Shown here piece after piece: positions 27,730 through 39,600 of a DNA stretch of 64,000 nucleotides. The stretch's first letter is position 1. The number at the start of each line of letters is the position of its first letter. Below the pieces are notes generated by a model. That model searched no databases and was not told where the DNA came from. It saw nothing but the letters and a program-made list of their open reading frames with translations. This DNA comes from a virus. The stretch spans positions 2,955-66,954 of the IMG/VR virus record IMGVR_UViG_3300034110_000188; one strand, given 5' to 3'. The translations under genes and the position numbers were made by a program.

Positions 27730-30700
27730 TGGATATTTCAAGAAATTTCACCGCTGGGGTGATGGATAAAGATCTTGATGAGCGTGTAATACCTAACGGT
27801 AAGTACATTGACGCGTTAAATATTATCGCAGGTTCATCTAAAAATTCAGACGTAGGTTCAGTTCAAAATATATTAGGTAACACCAAGATTGGCAATACTG
27901 CTTCTGTTTTAGGATTTCCTGCTGGACTAACAAACGCAAGAGCAATTGGCGCAATTTCAGTTGAAGACATCGATTGTATTTACTGGTTGTTATCATCAGA
28001 TGAGTGTGACGCAGTTTTAGAGCTAAACACAATTAGTGGAACTGTATCTAGAATAATTCAGTCAAACAGAATCGGAGGAGTTACTCAGTTAGGATTTGAT
28101 TTAGGTTACTTAGTGACGGGTATAAACTACATTAATGGTTTGTTGTTCTTTACTGACGCATTAAATCCTCCTAGAAAAATGAATATTTCTCGTGTAAGAA
28201 CTTACACGGTAAACGATCCAAGAATAGATATTGATATTAACGTGGTGCTTAGACCACCGCTTATTGCACCATACATCGCTATGGGCAACGACGGTACTCA
28301 GTCTAACAACATGTCAGATAAGTTTTTGTACTTCGCGTACAGATTCAAATACATTGACAACGAGTACAGCTCGCTTAGTCCATTTACACCTGCTGCATTT
28401 GCTCCAGGTAATTACAATGTAGATCCACAAGTTGGGTACAATGTATCAATGCAAAATAAGTATAACTACGTAGATGTTTCGTTTGAGACTGGAAATCAGT
28501 TCGTGACAGACATTCAGTTGGTTATGCTTGACTCAACTAGCAAGAATATCTTTATAGTTGGAAGCTTCAATAAAGAAGAATTGAATTTATCAAACGAAGT
28601 TTCGTATACGTTTAGTAAGTTTAGCAACAACAAGACTTACTCTACGCTACCTTCGGATCAGATAGGAAGACTATTCGACAACGTACCACTTACAGCTAAA
28701 GCTCAGGACATTGTAGGCAGTCGATTGGTATTTGGTAACTACACTGAGTTTTATGATGTTTCAGACGCTAGGTTTAAGCTATCTGTAATATCTAACATAG
28801 ACGGTAACTTACCTACAACTACTAATCCGTTAAACACATTAAGATCGAATAGAGACTACGAGATTGGTATTGTATATACAGATGAATATGGTAGAATGTC
28901 GACTGTTATGGATGCTCCAAGCAATACGATATATATTCCACCTACAAACTCAGCTACAGCAAACAGTATCAGAGTAACAATCAATAGTAATCCTCCAGTT
29001 TGGGCGACTAACTGGCGTTTGGTTATTAAGCAGTCAAGAGATGGGTACTATAACTTATTCCCTATACTATTCTACAAAGATGGTAACTATCGTTACTTTT
29101 TGATAAATGAGTCAGACAGAGACAAGGTATCTGTAGGTGAATACATTACATTTAAAGCTGACGCAAACGGAATTACAAACAACAACAAGCAATATAAAGT
29201 ATTAGAGATTGCGTTAAAAGAAGCTGACTTTATTTCTTCAAATGCGGTTAGTGAATACGCTGGACTTTACTTAAAGATTAAAGTAGATAACGCTAATGAT
29301 TTTGATCCTAGTGCGTTATATAATTATTTATATGTAGGCGAAGGTGTAAGTACTACTATAGGCGCTCCAGTTACAGGATTATTAGGGTTAGGATTAAATG
29401 CTCCAGTTGGAGAAATTCCAGTTAGCCCACTAAACAATCCTATTAAGTGTGCTGATAATCCTATATTTTACGGTAATGGAAATGGATCTGTTTTAACAAT
29501 ATCAGGGGGTGCTTTATCGAATAATCAGTACCTAGGTAATGTTGATGCTAGATATACTATTGAAATAGATTCTCCTACTACATTTAGATATACAACAAAC
29601 ATAAATGGTACTGGTCCTTTTATACAGCAAAACGTTCCAATTATAGCAAACGCAGGGAATCCAATATTAAACGCAGCTGGTATAGCTGTTATGAATATAA
29701 CATTTTCCACATCTACAGGACTTATTGTAGGAGATAGATGGAAGATTAGTTGTAGAGGTCCTGTTTATACAGGTCAAGGAACTATTCCTTCAAGTAATTA
29801 TTTCGGTGGTATAGGAATAGCTAATATGTCAGCGCTGAATTATGATTCAGTAGGAGGATATGCTATTATTCCTGGAACATTATGGTCTCCAAATAATGCT
29901 ATTGAAACTGACAGAACAATAAACGTTGGCGCTGTAATAACTTTACAGATAGTTGAGGATAGATATAATTCAGGCGCTTATATTCAACAACAAATATTCC
30001 CCCCATCAGACAGAACATACGCTAATATTGAAGAATGGTTTGTTGAATCTGGAGCTTACCAAACATTTATTCAACATGACTTAAGTGGTAATAATGTAGG
30101 AGCAAACAGGGTCTCATTTAGAAGAGGAGCTACATATCAAATGGCAAGTGGTTCTAATAATGGATCTGATTTATCAAATACAGTAAACCAAGGATTTGTA
30201 GCAAACGCTACAACAATGGCTTATCCTGTTAGAATGTTTGTAGCTGGGTTTGGTAAAAGTGAAAATATAAATAATCAAAACCACATTAAGGTAGCATTTA
30301 AAATACAACAACAAGATTCACCTACGGTAGTGGAAACTGTGCCTAAGCAAAATGACTTAGAAGTATTCCATGAGTTAACTAGAACATATAAAGTTGAAGG
30401 AGGTAACCACAGAGTTAAGTGGGACTACGAGGACTACACTTTCTTTATATCGTCTAATGCTACATTAAACGGCAAGACCGCACTTAGACAGCTAACTCCA
30501 AACTACCCACACGACTTTGAGGTAGGTGAGACTGTTTACGTTACTACTTCTGTACCTGCATTAAACGGATCATTCACAGTTCTTAGTGTGCCAGATATGT
30601 ACACGATAGTTCTTAGCGCTCCGTTCCCAGGATCAGGTCCTGTTACTCCAGGGCAAGTGGCTCACAATTCTATTGACACAAACCAATTGAATACAACGAC

Positions 30701-31742
30701 TAGTCCTGCTGTAGTTATAATAAATAATCCTAAGAATAAGAATAGCAATTACAATGCATATACTTGGGGTAACGGTCAGGAGTCAAACCGAATCAAGGAT
30801 GACTTCAACCAATCAACTTTAGAGTACTCTCCTAGAGCTACTTCAGTTATTGAGGATTACGAAGAGCGTCATAACAGAGAGGCACTTACTTACAGTGGTG
30901 TGTACAGAGAGACTACATCAATCAATAGATTGAATGAGTTTAACTTAAGTATAGCTAACTTCAAGTACCTTGACAAATCGTTTGGTTCTATTGAGAAGAT
31001 ATACGCTCGTGATACTGACTTACTTACATTCCAAGAGAATAAAGTTAGTTCTGTTTTATTCGGTAAAAACTTAATATCAGACTCAGTTGGGGGAGGTTCA
31101 ATTGTATCTATTCCTGAAGTACTTGGGACTCAGATTGCATATCCTTACGAGTATGGTATTTCGAATAATCCAGAGAGTTTCGCAGCTTGGGGTGACGATA
31201 TATTCTTTACAGACGCGTACCGTGGTGTAGTTCTACAACTTAACGGAGCTACAATAAACGAAGCTTCTTCACTTGGTATGGAGTTCTACTTCAGAGATTT
31301 ATTTGAAGCCAACTTAAACAATCAAAAGATTGGTGCATACGATCCGTTTCAAAGAGTTTATGTTCTTACAACTAACGAAGAGACAGTTTTACCATGTAAC
31401 GTTAAGGTAAGTCCACCTACTAGAACAGTAATCAGAACAGCTGCAAGTAATGTAAATTTATTTTATATTAGCGCAACGCTAGGATGGGTTCTTCAACTAG
31501 CAGACTTAGGATTTGGGACTTCTTGGTTGACACTTAGTCAGACATCTGGGTTTGGAGACAGACAAATTAGAGGAAACATACTAGCTAACAATACTGGACT
31601 TCCTAGACAAATAGGAGTTACCGTCCTAGCTTGTGGAGTAAGCTATAGCTTTACACTTACACAGACAAACGGAAGGTTCATTAACATAGTAAATGTAATT
31701 TATAATAACATAGGAGACAATGAAATTATCAGAAAGTTATAA
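27729..31742 (+). CDS. tail stabilisation/nozzle protein (P22 gp10 / T7 gp12-like), N-terminal portion
   Basis: F.AG.MDKDLDER..PNGKYIDALN start; FFTD..NPPRK.N; YGIS.NPESFA. Confidence 0.7.
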   Translation: MDISRNFTAGVMDKDLDERVIPNGKYIDALNIIAGSSKNSDVGSVQNILGNTKIGNTASVLGFPAGLTNARAIGAISVEDIDCIYWLLSSDECDAVLELNTISGTVSRIIQSNRIGGVTQLGFDLGYLVTGINYINGLLFFTDALNPPRKMNISRVRTYTVNDPRIDIDINVVLRPPLIAPYIAMGNDGTQSNNMSDKFLYFAYRFKYIDNEYSSLSPFTPAAFAPGNYNVDPQVGYNVSMQNKYNYVDVSFETGNQFVTDIQLVMLDSTSKNIFIVGSFNKEELNLSNEVSYTFSKFSNNKTYSTLPSDQIGRLFDNVPLTAKAQDIVGSRLVFGNYTEFYDVSDARFKLSVISNIDGNLPTTTNPLNTLRSNRDYEIGIVYTDEYGRMSTVMDAPSNTIYIPPTNSATANSIRVTINSNPPVWATNWRLVIKQSRDGYYNLFPILFYKDGNYRYFLINESDRDKVSVGEYITFKADANGITNNNKQYKVLEIALKEADFISSNAVSEYAGLYLKIKVDNANDFDPSALYNYLYVGEGVSTTIGAPVTGLLGLGLNAPVGEIPVSPLNNPIKCADNPIFYGNGNGSVLTISGGALSNNQYLGNVDARYTIEIDSPTTFRYTTNINGTGPFIQQNVPIIANAGNPILNAAGIAVMNITFSTSTGLIVGDRWKISCRGPVYTGQGTIPSSNYFGGIGIANMSALNYDSVGGYAIIPGTLWSPNNAIETDRTINVGAVITLQIVEDRYNSGAYIQQQIFPPSDRTYANIEEWFVESGAYQTFIQHDLSGNNVGANRVSFRRGATYQMASGSNNGSDLSNTVNQGFVANATTMAYPVRMFVAGFGKSENINNQNHIKVAFKIQQQDSPTVVETVPKQNDLEVFHELTRTYKVEGGNHRVKWDYEDYTFFISSNATLNGKTALRQLTPNYPHDFEVGETVYVTTSVPALNGSFTVLSVPDMYTIVLSAPFPGSGPVTPGQVAHNSIDTNQLNTTTSPAVVIINNPKNKNSNYNAYTWGNGQESNRIKDDFNQSTLEYSPRATSVIEDYEERHNREALTYSGVYRETTSINRLNEFNLSIANFKYLDKSFGSIEKIYARDTDLLTFQENKVSSVLFGKNLISDSVGGGSIVSIPEVLGTQIAYPYEYGISNNPESFAAWGDDIFFTDAYRGVVLQLNGATINEASSLGMEFYFRDLFEANLNNQKIGAYDPFQRVYVLTTNEETVLPCNVKVSPPTRTVIRTAASNVNLFYISATLGWVLQLADLGFGTSWLTLSQTSGFGDRQIRGNILANNTGLPRQIGVTVLACGVSYSFTLTQTNGRFINIVNVIYNNIGDNEIIRKL

Positions 31743-33351
31743 GCACGGAACTAGTATTGAATATACTTTCACAGCAGAAAGAAACGACAACGGAGAAACT
31801 TTGTATGAATCAAATTCTGGTGCAGGTGGAAGTGATATATACCCAGCTGAAGGAGATACCGTTACAGTATTTGCTGATCAGATTGACGTAAACTTAAACA
31901 ACAAGTGTTACTACTTAGTATCTAACTCAACTGGATTAAACAGAGAAGAGATAATAGGTCAAGGAACAGAAATATCCTTAAGCGTCATTGGAGATAGACT
32001 CCAAGGTTCTTTTGTGTTTTCTAATCCAAACAACTTTGCTGTACTTTACCTTATGTTTGACTATACAAATATAGTTGAACTTGGTGATACAATTACTTAC
32101 GGTTCTTCATCTATAGAAAACAAGGTAATCAATATTCCACTTACAGATGCGGTAGGAAACGTTAACGTGGCTTACTCAATCAATAATCCTGGAGGTAGAG
32201 TTGTGTTGTTCTACAACGGTGACATAGTTGACGACTCAGGCGTGTCGGTTAGTTCTACTTCTGGTAACCTAAGATTTTTTAAGTTCTCTGGAGAACTGAA
32301 TGAAGCTAAACTCGTGTTTTCTAACACAAACGCGCTATCAATGACATTTACCTCTACACCAACATTCCCAGGACTCACAAGGTTCTTTATATGTGACGAA
32401 GACGGAACTATAAGCAACGTAGGATCGCAAATCGCGATTAACAATAATGTGTGGCATAATGGGTCAGCTTCTATACCACAAGCGGGAGATATTGTATTTA
32501 CAAATTCAACTGGAACTCAACTATACGACGGAGCTAATTCATATCACGTTGTTAGCCCAACACTTATGACTGTACCTAGCCCAACTGCAATTTACGTTCA
32601 GTTGGATGCGGAGGGCAATGTTATAAATAGAGGCACAGTGGCTTGTACTGAAACACTAGGACCTGTAATTACACAGGGCGACGTTACGATAGTTCAAAAC
32701 CAAAGACTGAACCTGACTATTGAAGCTGAAAATAATCCAACTACGTGGAGTATAGTAACACCGTTCAACGAATACTTGCTAAGCGGAAACGAAAAGGGAG
32801 CTATCTTCACGTACACTGACGTTAACTCAAACGCTCAGAGAGTAACTGTAAGCGCATTAGAAACGCAAACGGTATATGGAGCTGCTTTACCCGTATTAGT
32901 TACAGGAACAGGATCTATTGAGCTAGTAGGATTATATCAACAAGCAGGACTTCCAAACGGCATTACGTTCTCTAACGGTATCTTAAGTGGTCAGCCAGCG
33001 ACAACTGGTATTTACGATATCACGTTAATTGCAGCTAACTGTGTTGGAGATTCTTTAGAGTATACGTTTAGTATTATAGTTGAGTCAGAAATCAACATGA
33101 CTCCGTTTGCTATTGATGTAAACGACTTTATGGAGACTGGAGCTTTAGCTTGTTCATTGACACCACGTTACGACTTGTTGTATCACAATAGTCCAACAGC
33201 TTTAATTCCTGACGTAAATGACACTATCTTTGTAGACATGAAGGGAACTACTACATTTAACGGTGGTAAACTTTGGTATAATATTGACGCGTCTACTTAC
33301 TCAGTTCAAGTAGATGAATATGGAACAGTAATAGCAACTCACACATGTTAG
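31720..33351 (+). CDS. virion protein with putative Ig-like (He_PIG) domain
   Basis: GLPNGITFSNGILSGQPATTGIYDITLIAAN; two copies of a H/W...P...D..F...G...G repeat. Confidence 0.6.
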   Translation: MKLSESYKHGTSIEYTFTAERNDNGETLYESNSGAGGSDIYPAEGDTVTVFADQIDVNLNNKCYYLVSNSTGLNREEIIGQGTEISLSVIGDRLQGSFVFSNPNNFAVLYLMFDYTNIVELGDTITYGSSSIENKVINIPLTDAVGNVNVAYSINNPGGRVVLFYNGDIVDDSGVSVSSTSGNLRFFKFSGELNEAKLVFSNTNALSMTFTSTPTFPGLTRFFICDEDGTISNVGSQIAINNNVWHNGSASIPQAGDIVFTNSTGTQLYDGANSYHVVSPTLMTVPSPTAIYVQLDAEGNVINRGTVACTETLGPVITQGDVTIVQNQRLNLTIEAENNPTTWSIVTPFNEYLLSGNEKGAIFTYTDVNSNAQRVTVSALETQTVYGAALPVLVTGTGSIELVGLYQQAGLPNGITFSNGILSGQPATTGIYDITLIAANCVGDSLEYTFSIIVESEINMTPFAIDVNDFMETGALACSLTPRYDLLYHNSPTALIPDVNDTIFVDMKGTTTFNGGKLWYNIDASTYSVQVDEYGTVIATHTC

Positions 33352-34094
33352 AAACACTAGTATTCGATAACGGAAAAGAAGGAGGTACACCAGGGTGGGT
33401 ATCTAGATATTCTTACTACCCAGATTTTATGATTGGGTTTAAGAGCAAGTTATACACATTTAAGAACGGTGAGATTTATTCGCACGGAACGAATCAAAGT
33501 AGAAACCAGTTCTATGGAGTTAACTATACTTCTAAAATTAAGACAGTTCTTAACGATGCTCCTACTGACACTAAGATGTTCAAGACTTTAGCTTTAGATA
33601 GTAACTTTGCTTGGAATGCTTCTTACGAGACCGACATGGGACAAGGTTACAATCCGAGTTCGACTTTCGTAAGTAAAGAGAAAGATTTCGTATCTTACTT
33701 AAGAAGAATAGATAGCTTGGTTATAAACGACTACGACGCAAAGTTACGTTCAACAATGGGTCTAGGTACGGTGCTTTCATTTACGTCACCTATAATAACG
33801 TTCTCCGTAAGTATCGACTTAAGTACACTTGCTATTGGTGATCGAATTTATAAAATTGTAGCTAACGCATTTGTATACGTAGGCAATGTTGTTTCATACA
33901 CGGCAAATACAGTTACGTTATCAGGAGGAATAGTTGTGCCAGGTGATTTCATTGTAGTAGCTAAGAATAAAACTGCTGAATCATATGGAATGAGAGGGTT
34001 CTATCTAAACCTAGAGCTAGAGTCTGACGTTACAAACACAAATTATATAGAATTATTTGCTGTAGAATCATCTGTTTTCAAGTCTTTTCCGTAA
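33345..34094 (+). CDS. tail stabilisation protein C-terminal-like module
   Basis: GWVSRYSYYPD...YTFKNG.IY.H...FYG; G.RG.Y...ELFAV.S. Confidence 0.6.
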   Translation: MLETLVFDNGKEGGTPGWVSRYSYYPDFMIGFKSKLYTFKNGEIYSHGTNQSRNQFYGVNYTSKIKTVLNDAPTDTKMFKTLALDSNFAWNASYETDMGQGYNPSSTFVSKEKDFVSYLRRIDSLVINDYDAKLRSTMGLGTVLSFTSPIITFSVSIDLSTLAIGDRIYKIVANAFVYVGNVVSYTANTVTLSGGIVVPGDFIVVAKNKTAESYGMRGFYLNLELESDVTNTNYIELFAVESSVFKSFP

Positions 34095-34103
34095 CTTTGT
34101 GTT

Positions 34104-34499
34104 ATGGAGTTTAGATTATTAGAAGATTTAGATTACGATACGTTATGTAAATGGTGGAAGTGGTGGAGATTTTCTGCCCCACCGAAAGATGCGTTACCTC
34201 ACAATGGTAAAGGCGGTATAATGGTATCGAAGGATGGCGTGGACATCTGCGCTGGATTCATTTACTTTACAAATAGCAGTATGTGTTGGATTGAGTTTAT
34301 TGTAAGCAATCCAGAGGTGAAGGAAAATAGAAAGGAAGCTATAGCTTTTCTTATTAATGAATTATCCATACTGGCAAAACGAATAGGAGTAAAAGTAGCA
34401 TACACTTCATTAAAATCACAAAGTTTAATCAATAGTTTTAGTGAGTGTGAATTCATTATAGGTAGCCACAAATGCACCGAGATGATTAAAGTACTATAA
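34104..34499 (+). CDS. GNAT-like protein (positional analogue of T7 gp13)
   Basis: ICAGFIY.TNS..CWIEFIVSNP; lies between nozzle and ejection genes. Confidence 0.5.
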   Translation: MEFRLLEDLDYDTLCKWWKWWRFSAPPKDALPHNGKGGIMVSKDGVDICAGFIYFTNSSMCWIEFIVSNPEVKENRKEAIAFLINELSILAKRIGVKVAYTSLKSQSLINSFSECEFIIGSHKCTEMIKVL

Positions 34500-34533
34500 T
34501 TTTTCGTAACTTTGAAGTTCATAAATATTTAAT

Positions 34534-35211
34534 ATGGCAGCAATTACAAGCGCAGTAATAGGAGGTTTATCAGCTGGAGCTAGTTTAGTTCAGTATGCAC
34601 AGCAACAAAAATTATCCAAGGAAGCTGCGAAATCTAGAGAGTTAGCTCTTAATAGGCTTAAAGCAATACAAGAACAAAATCCATTTGCAGCAGTACAGAC
34701 TCCAACACTAGGGTCTAAAATGGCTATGGAACAAATTAGCCAACAAGGCGCAGATACATTAGCGGCACTTCAAGGTGCGGGAGCTGAAGGAGTTATTGGT
34801 GGTGTTACGGCACTTAACCAAGGACTACGTGGAGCTGAGCTAGATGTTGCTGCCAACTTGGATCAAATGAGATACCAACGTGACATGACTCAAGCTGAAG
34901 CTCAAGCTGGTATAAATGCTAGAGGTGCTGAACGTGACTTTAAGATTGGTGCTGCTGAGGCAAGGGCTGCGGCTGAACAAATGGCTGACGCTGAATTAGC
35001 AGGTAACCAAGCGTTACAGAGTGCGTTTGCTGCGTTAGGTACAGCAGCTGGATCGCTAGGGGCTATTGAGAAGTTTGACTATACTGACATTGAGAAATTA
35101 AATGCAGTAGAGAAAGCTGACTTTGATAAGTTGACAGATCCAAATGAACAAGGAGCATTCCTAGCTAGGCTATATCCAAGTAAATTGAAATACCGTAAAT
35201 ACGCTAAGTAA
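34534..35211 (+). CDS. internal virion/ejection protein
   Basis: Ala/Gly/Gln-rich, N-terminal AVIGGLSAGAS. Confidence 0.65.
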   Translation: MAAITSAVIGGLSAGASLVQYAQQQKLSKEAAKSRELALNRLKAIQEQNPFAAVQTPTLGSKMAMEQISQQGADTLAALQGAGAEGVIGGVTALNQGLRGAELDVAANLDQMRYQRDMTQAEAQAGINARGAERDFKIGAAEARAAAEQMADAELAGNQALQSAFAALGTAAGSLGAIEKFDYTDIEKLNAVEKADFDKLTDPNEQGAFLARLYPSKLKYRKYAK

Positions 35212-36641
35212 TGGTTTCAAGAATAAATGAATTAGATTTATACGTATCCAATCGTGGTGAAGATGGTCAGTTAATGGACTGGTCCAAGGCTGCTGCTAGT
35301 TTAACTTCTGGTCTAGCTGTTGCATCTGGTATGCGTCAATTACGTAGAACCGAAAACGAGCAGTTTAAGAAAAGTGCTGAAGCTGAGGTTGAGAAAGATC
35401 TTAACTTAACAAATCAAACTGTAAATAACTTAGTTGTTAATGGAGCAAGTGCTGGTCGTTCTAAGATAAACCAATTGTATAATGATATGCAAAATGGTAG
35501 AATATCCAGATCTCAGTATAAAGCTGCCATGGCTAATGTTCAAAGTAATTGGAAAGATACAGCTGAATATATTAAAGGAGTAGATGGAAAATATTCAGAG
35601 GCGTTAGCTAGACAAGAGTCAGGTGATGCATCTGAAATCGAAATGGGTATTATTGATTACTTCGGTAGATTGAATGACCTTGATAATAAAGCATTTGCTT
35701 TCGATGATAATGGAGCTGTATCTGTAGCTGTTTTTAATAATGAACAGAAACCTATTGCGTATCAAGACATAAGAGCCCTTAATAATTTAATGAACACTAA
35801 GTTTGATAAGGTTGATTTAACTGGAATGGTTGATGTTGGTGTAAAAGGATGGGAGAAAAATAAACAATACAGCGTAACTGACATTAGACTTAAACCTGAG
35901 TTATTTAATGCTGAAAAACAAAGATTAACAAATACTATATTATCAGATAATAGAAGTATTGCATCTGTATTAGTTGATCACGGGGCTAGTGGATTCTACT
36001 TTGGTGATGCAGATAAAGAACGTGCTTTAGCTCAATTGAGACAATCTAATCCAAATGCTACTGAAGCTGATTTAGTTTTAATGGAGCAAGATAAAAATGG
36101 ATATACTACAGCCAAGCTAACTGATGATCAATTAAAAAAAGCAAAGGATATAGTTGGAAGAGAAATTGAAATAAGATTTGGTCGTGAAGTTGATTATGCT
36201 CCTAGCTCTGGATCAGGGGATGGAGGACTTACCGCTAATCAAAGTCTTGGAATACAGCAACAAGAAGAGAGAGATAATTCTCTATGGAGATTAACATGGG
36301 ATGCTTTTAATGCGCCAAATAGAGACAGAGATTTATACGCTAATAATCTAACAGCAGCTACAGGTGGAGCAATTATATTCGAAAAGAATGAAAATGGAAA
36401 AGGATATATAGCTAAAAGGGTAAATGGTGAGGAAATTTATACCGAAGGCAATCCAATGGTGCATGGAAAACAGGCATGGACTATGATAGGTCAAGAGACT
36501 GAAGGAAAAGGGACGACTAAAACAGATACTAAATGGGAAAAGAAACGCATCGGATTTCAAGGATTATCTAAAAGCAGTCCGAAAGGATCAGCTAACGGGG
36601 TAATTCAAACAGCTGTGTCTGGAGGTAAACCAAGAACTTAA
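35211..36641 (+). CDS. internal virion/ejection protein
   Basis: 476 aa, helical, in the ejection gene block. Confidence 0.55.
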   Translation: MVSRINELDLYVSNRGEDGQLMDWSKAAASLTSGLAVASGMRQLRRTENEQFKKSAEAEVEKDLNLTNQTVNNLVVNGASAGRSKINQLYNDMQNGRISRSQYKAAMANVQSNWKDTAEYIKGVDGKYSEALARQESGDASEIEMGIIDYFGRLNDLDNKAFAFDDNGAVSVAVFNNEQKPIAYQDIRALNNLMNTKFDKVDLTGMVDVGVKGWEKNKQYSVTDIRLKPELFNAEKQRLTNTILSDNRSIASVLVDHGASGFYFGDADKERALAQLRQSNPNATEADLVLMEQDKNGYTTAKLTDDQLKKAKDIVGREIEIRFGREVDYAPSSGSGDGGLTANQSLGIQQQEERDNSLWRLTWDAFNAPNRDRDLYANNLTAATGGAIIFEKNENGKGYIAKRVNGEEIYTEGNPMVHGKQAWTMIGQETEGKGTTKTDTKWEKKRIGFQGLSKSSPKGSANGVIQTAVSGGKPRT

Positions 36642-36675
36642 TAATACAATTATAACAGAAGGAAATAAATATAGT

Positions 36676-39600
36676 ATGCCAGATTTAAAACAATCATTGA
36701 GAGATTTTGTAGCTACATCTAATAGCGGTAATTACAAAACAGAAGGAGAAGTTATGTCTAAGTTCCCTGAATTAAAAGGATATGACATTACTGTATTAAG
36801 AGATTTTGTGGCTACATCTAATAGTGGAAAATACAAAAATGAAGATGAAGTTTTTGCTAAGTTTCCTGAATTCAAATTTAGTACTCCAAAAAAAAAAGTT
36901 CCTACACAGGTATCAAAGCCTTCGGTTGGTTCTTCGGGTACTACAGAGACTCCTCAAAAACAGTCATCGGGTTCGTTAAAACAAGACGGAATCTATAAGT
37001 ACCAAGGTAACTTAAAGGCAAACTATAAAAAAGAAAACGGGCAGTGGTATATTGACCCGACTGGTGGAACTAAATTCCAACCACTTGCGCAAGGTGACGT
37101 TGCTAAACGTGTAAAAGTATTAGAGAGTCAAGCTAATTATGACGCAGACTTAACTGCTTACAACATGCCGAATAAGGCACAGTATAAGCCGTTGCTATTA
37201 CCTGACAATATTGAAGGCGCTCAAGCTATAAATGCTAAGGAAACTGAAAAATATAAAGACCTAAGCAAAGCTAAGGTATTCACTGGATTTCCTACTAAAG
37301 AAGAAAACAAGTACCGTGTTGTTGACGGACTATGGCAGAGAAGTGTACCAAACGAAAAAGGAGAATACTCCGACTGGTCTACAGTAAAAAGCGAATCATC
37401 AATCAAAGCATTAAATGGTCAGTTCAAACAGAATGTAAACCTTGATGTCGCTAAGACACTAGAGGAATATAGCAAGATTGGATTCAAAGATATTAACTCT
37501 GACTTAATTGGAGGAGACGAAGGTGATGCTGTTCCAATGCTTAATAATAAATATAAATCACTAGGATTTAGCTTTAGAGAGGGTCTTGGAGATCAAATGA
37601 TTGTCACTTCATCTATAGAAGGAGTACCAGAAATTACAATAGACATGGACTCTTGGGATGGTGCTAAGGACGCGCATAACGCAGCTAGACTTAAAGCATA
37701 TTTGTCTGAGAACGCATTAACACCTCAAAAAGAAAAAGAACAAGCATTCGAAAAGAAGGCTACGGGTATTTTATCTAAAGGAATATATAACGAACCAGAC
37801 AGAGTTCAAAGGAATGCTGACGGTACACTTCAGAGTCCGATAATGAACGTGCCTAAAATAGATCAAGGATTTGTTACTGAATTCCAGCAAGCAGAAAAAC
37901 AAGTTAAGCTAAGAAATCTTGAGAAAGAGACGGGGCTTAACATGGATGAAATTCAAGCTAAAAAAGCTAGAAAAGCTACTGTATATGGATCGGAAAAGGT
38001 AATAAGTGGAGATTTAACAGCAAAGTCTATATCATCTCAGAATAAAGTTAATAAGGTTTATGTTGATAACGAAATAAAAGATATTAACTTAAGAGATAAG
38101 TATACTCAAAGACTTATTACTCAGTATGAAAACGATAAAGCAGACTTTGAGGCTAACTATGATAACTACTCTCAAGAAGAGATAACTATAAAAGAAAATC
38201 AATTAAAAGAAAAAGCTAAAGAATTAAAGCAGTCATATGACCAGTCAGAAAAAGACGCAAAAAATGTTGATTATTTAATTCAATCTCAAGCTGCTTCAAC
38301 TATATCTGAAAAGCTAGTAAAAGAGAAAACAGGTACTGTTGCTGGAGCTATAGGTAGATCGCTAACCGATGCAATTATCGATTCTGGCCTTGGTATTTAT
38401 CAGGCAGTTGGAAACAATGTTACGACTAGAGAGCGTCAAGCTGCTAAAGATTCTGTAGCCGAGTTATTCACAACCACAACTTCTGAATTTACAGCTTCGG
38501 AAGATAGAAGCTTAGTAACGAGTACTTTAGTTGCTTTAACTCAAATGACTCCAGCTATCGCTGCTGGTGTTGCTACTGGTGGCGCAACTGCTGGTGCTGC
38601 TTATTTTTGGGGTATGTCTTACTCTAATACTTATGACTCAATGGAAGGTTTAGATCTTCCAGAGGAGGATAGAAAAATGATGTCTTTTGCTATAGCTACA
38701 GCTACCGCTGCTTTAGAGTCTTACGGATTAGAAAAAATAACTAGTAATAAAGCCGCTTCAGGTTTTGTAGCTAAAAGAGTAGCTCAGGTATTATCAGGTC
38801 TTCCAAAAGAAGCGACGATGGATATGATGAATAACGCTATCTACACTGACATGAAAAAGGTTGTTGCAGACAAGTTAATCAAGGTGGTATCTAAAGGTGT
38901 TATTGAAGGTGGCGTTGAGGTGTCTCAGTCTGCTGCTGAACAGGAAATTAAAAATTTATACGAACAAGCTAAAAAGAAAGATGTATTTCAAGAAGACTGG
39001 GGTACATTTGGTAAGAATGCATTAAAAGAATTCTTAATAGGATCATTCGCTGGGTCTACTGTGAATGCTATGTCAGGTTTAGGAACTACTGTAAAACAGC
39101 TAAGTGACCCTGTAAACTTTGGTTTATCTAAAGAAATTGCAAATGATGAAGACCTACAAGACTTGTTTAAAAATGACTTAAAGTCAAAGATCATACAAGG
39201 CGAGATAACAATCCCAGAAGCGAAAGCAAAGCTGCGTGCTATGGGTGAATTCAAATCATTATTAGGAAAAGTACCTTCTAATATGTTAGAGAATAATCAG
39301 CGAGAAGCAATGAAGCTGATTGAAGAAAAACAAAAGTTACAACGTGAAATTGAAGGAAAAGAGCCTTCATTAGTTGAAGATAAAAAACAACGTATAGTTG
39401 ATATAGACAATGAGATGAAACAACTCGTTGAATCTGAATCAGTTATACCAGATGAAATATCATCTTTAAATGACGATGAGCAAGTTATATTTAATGTAGA
39501 GACATTAGAAGAAGTGCCTGAGCAATTTAGAGATAGAGCCGTTAAAAAAAGCGGTATGGAAGTTACACTCAGAAAAAAAATTCTAGGTTTGCCTATAGGT

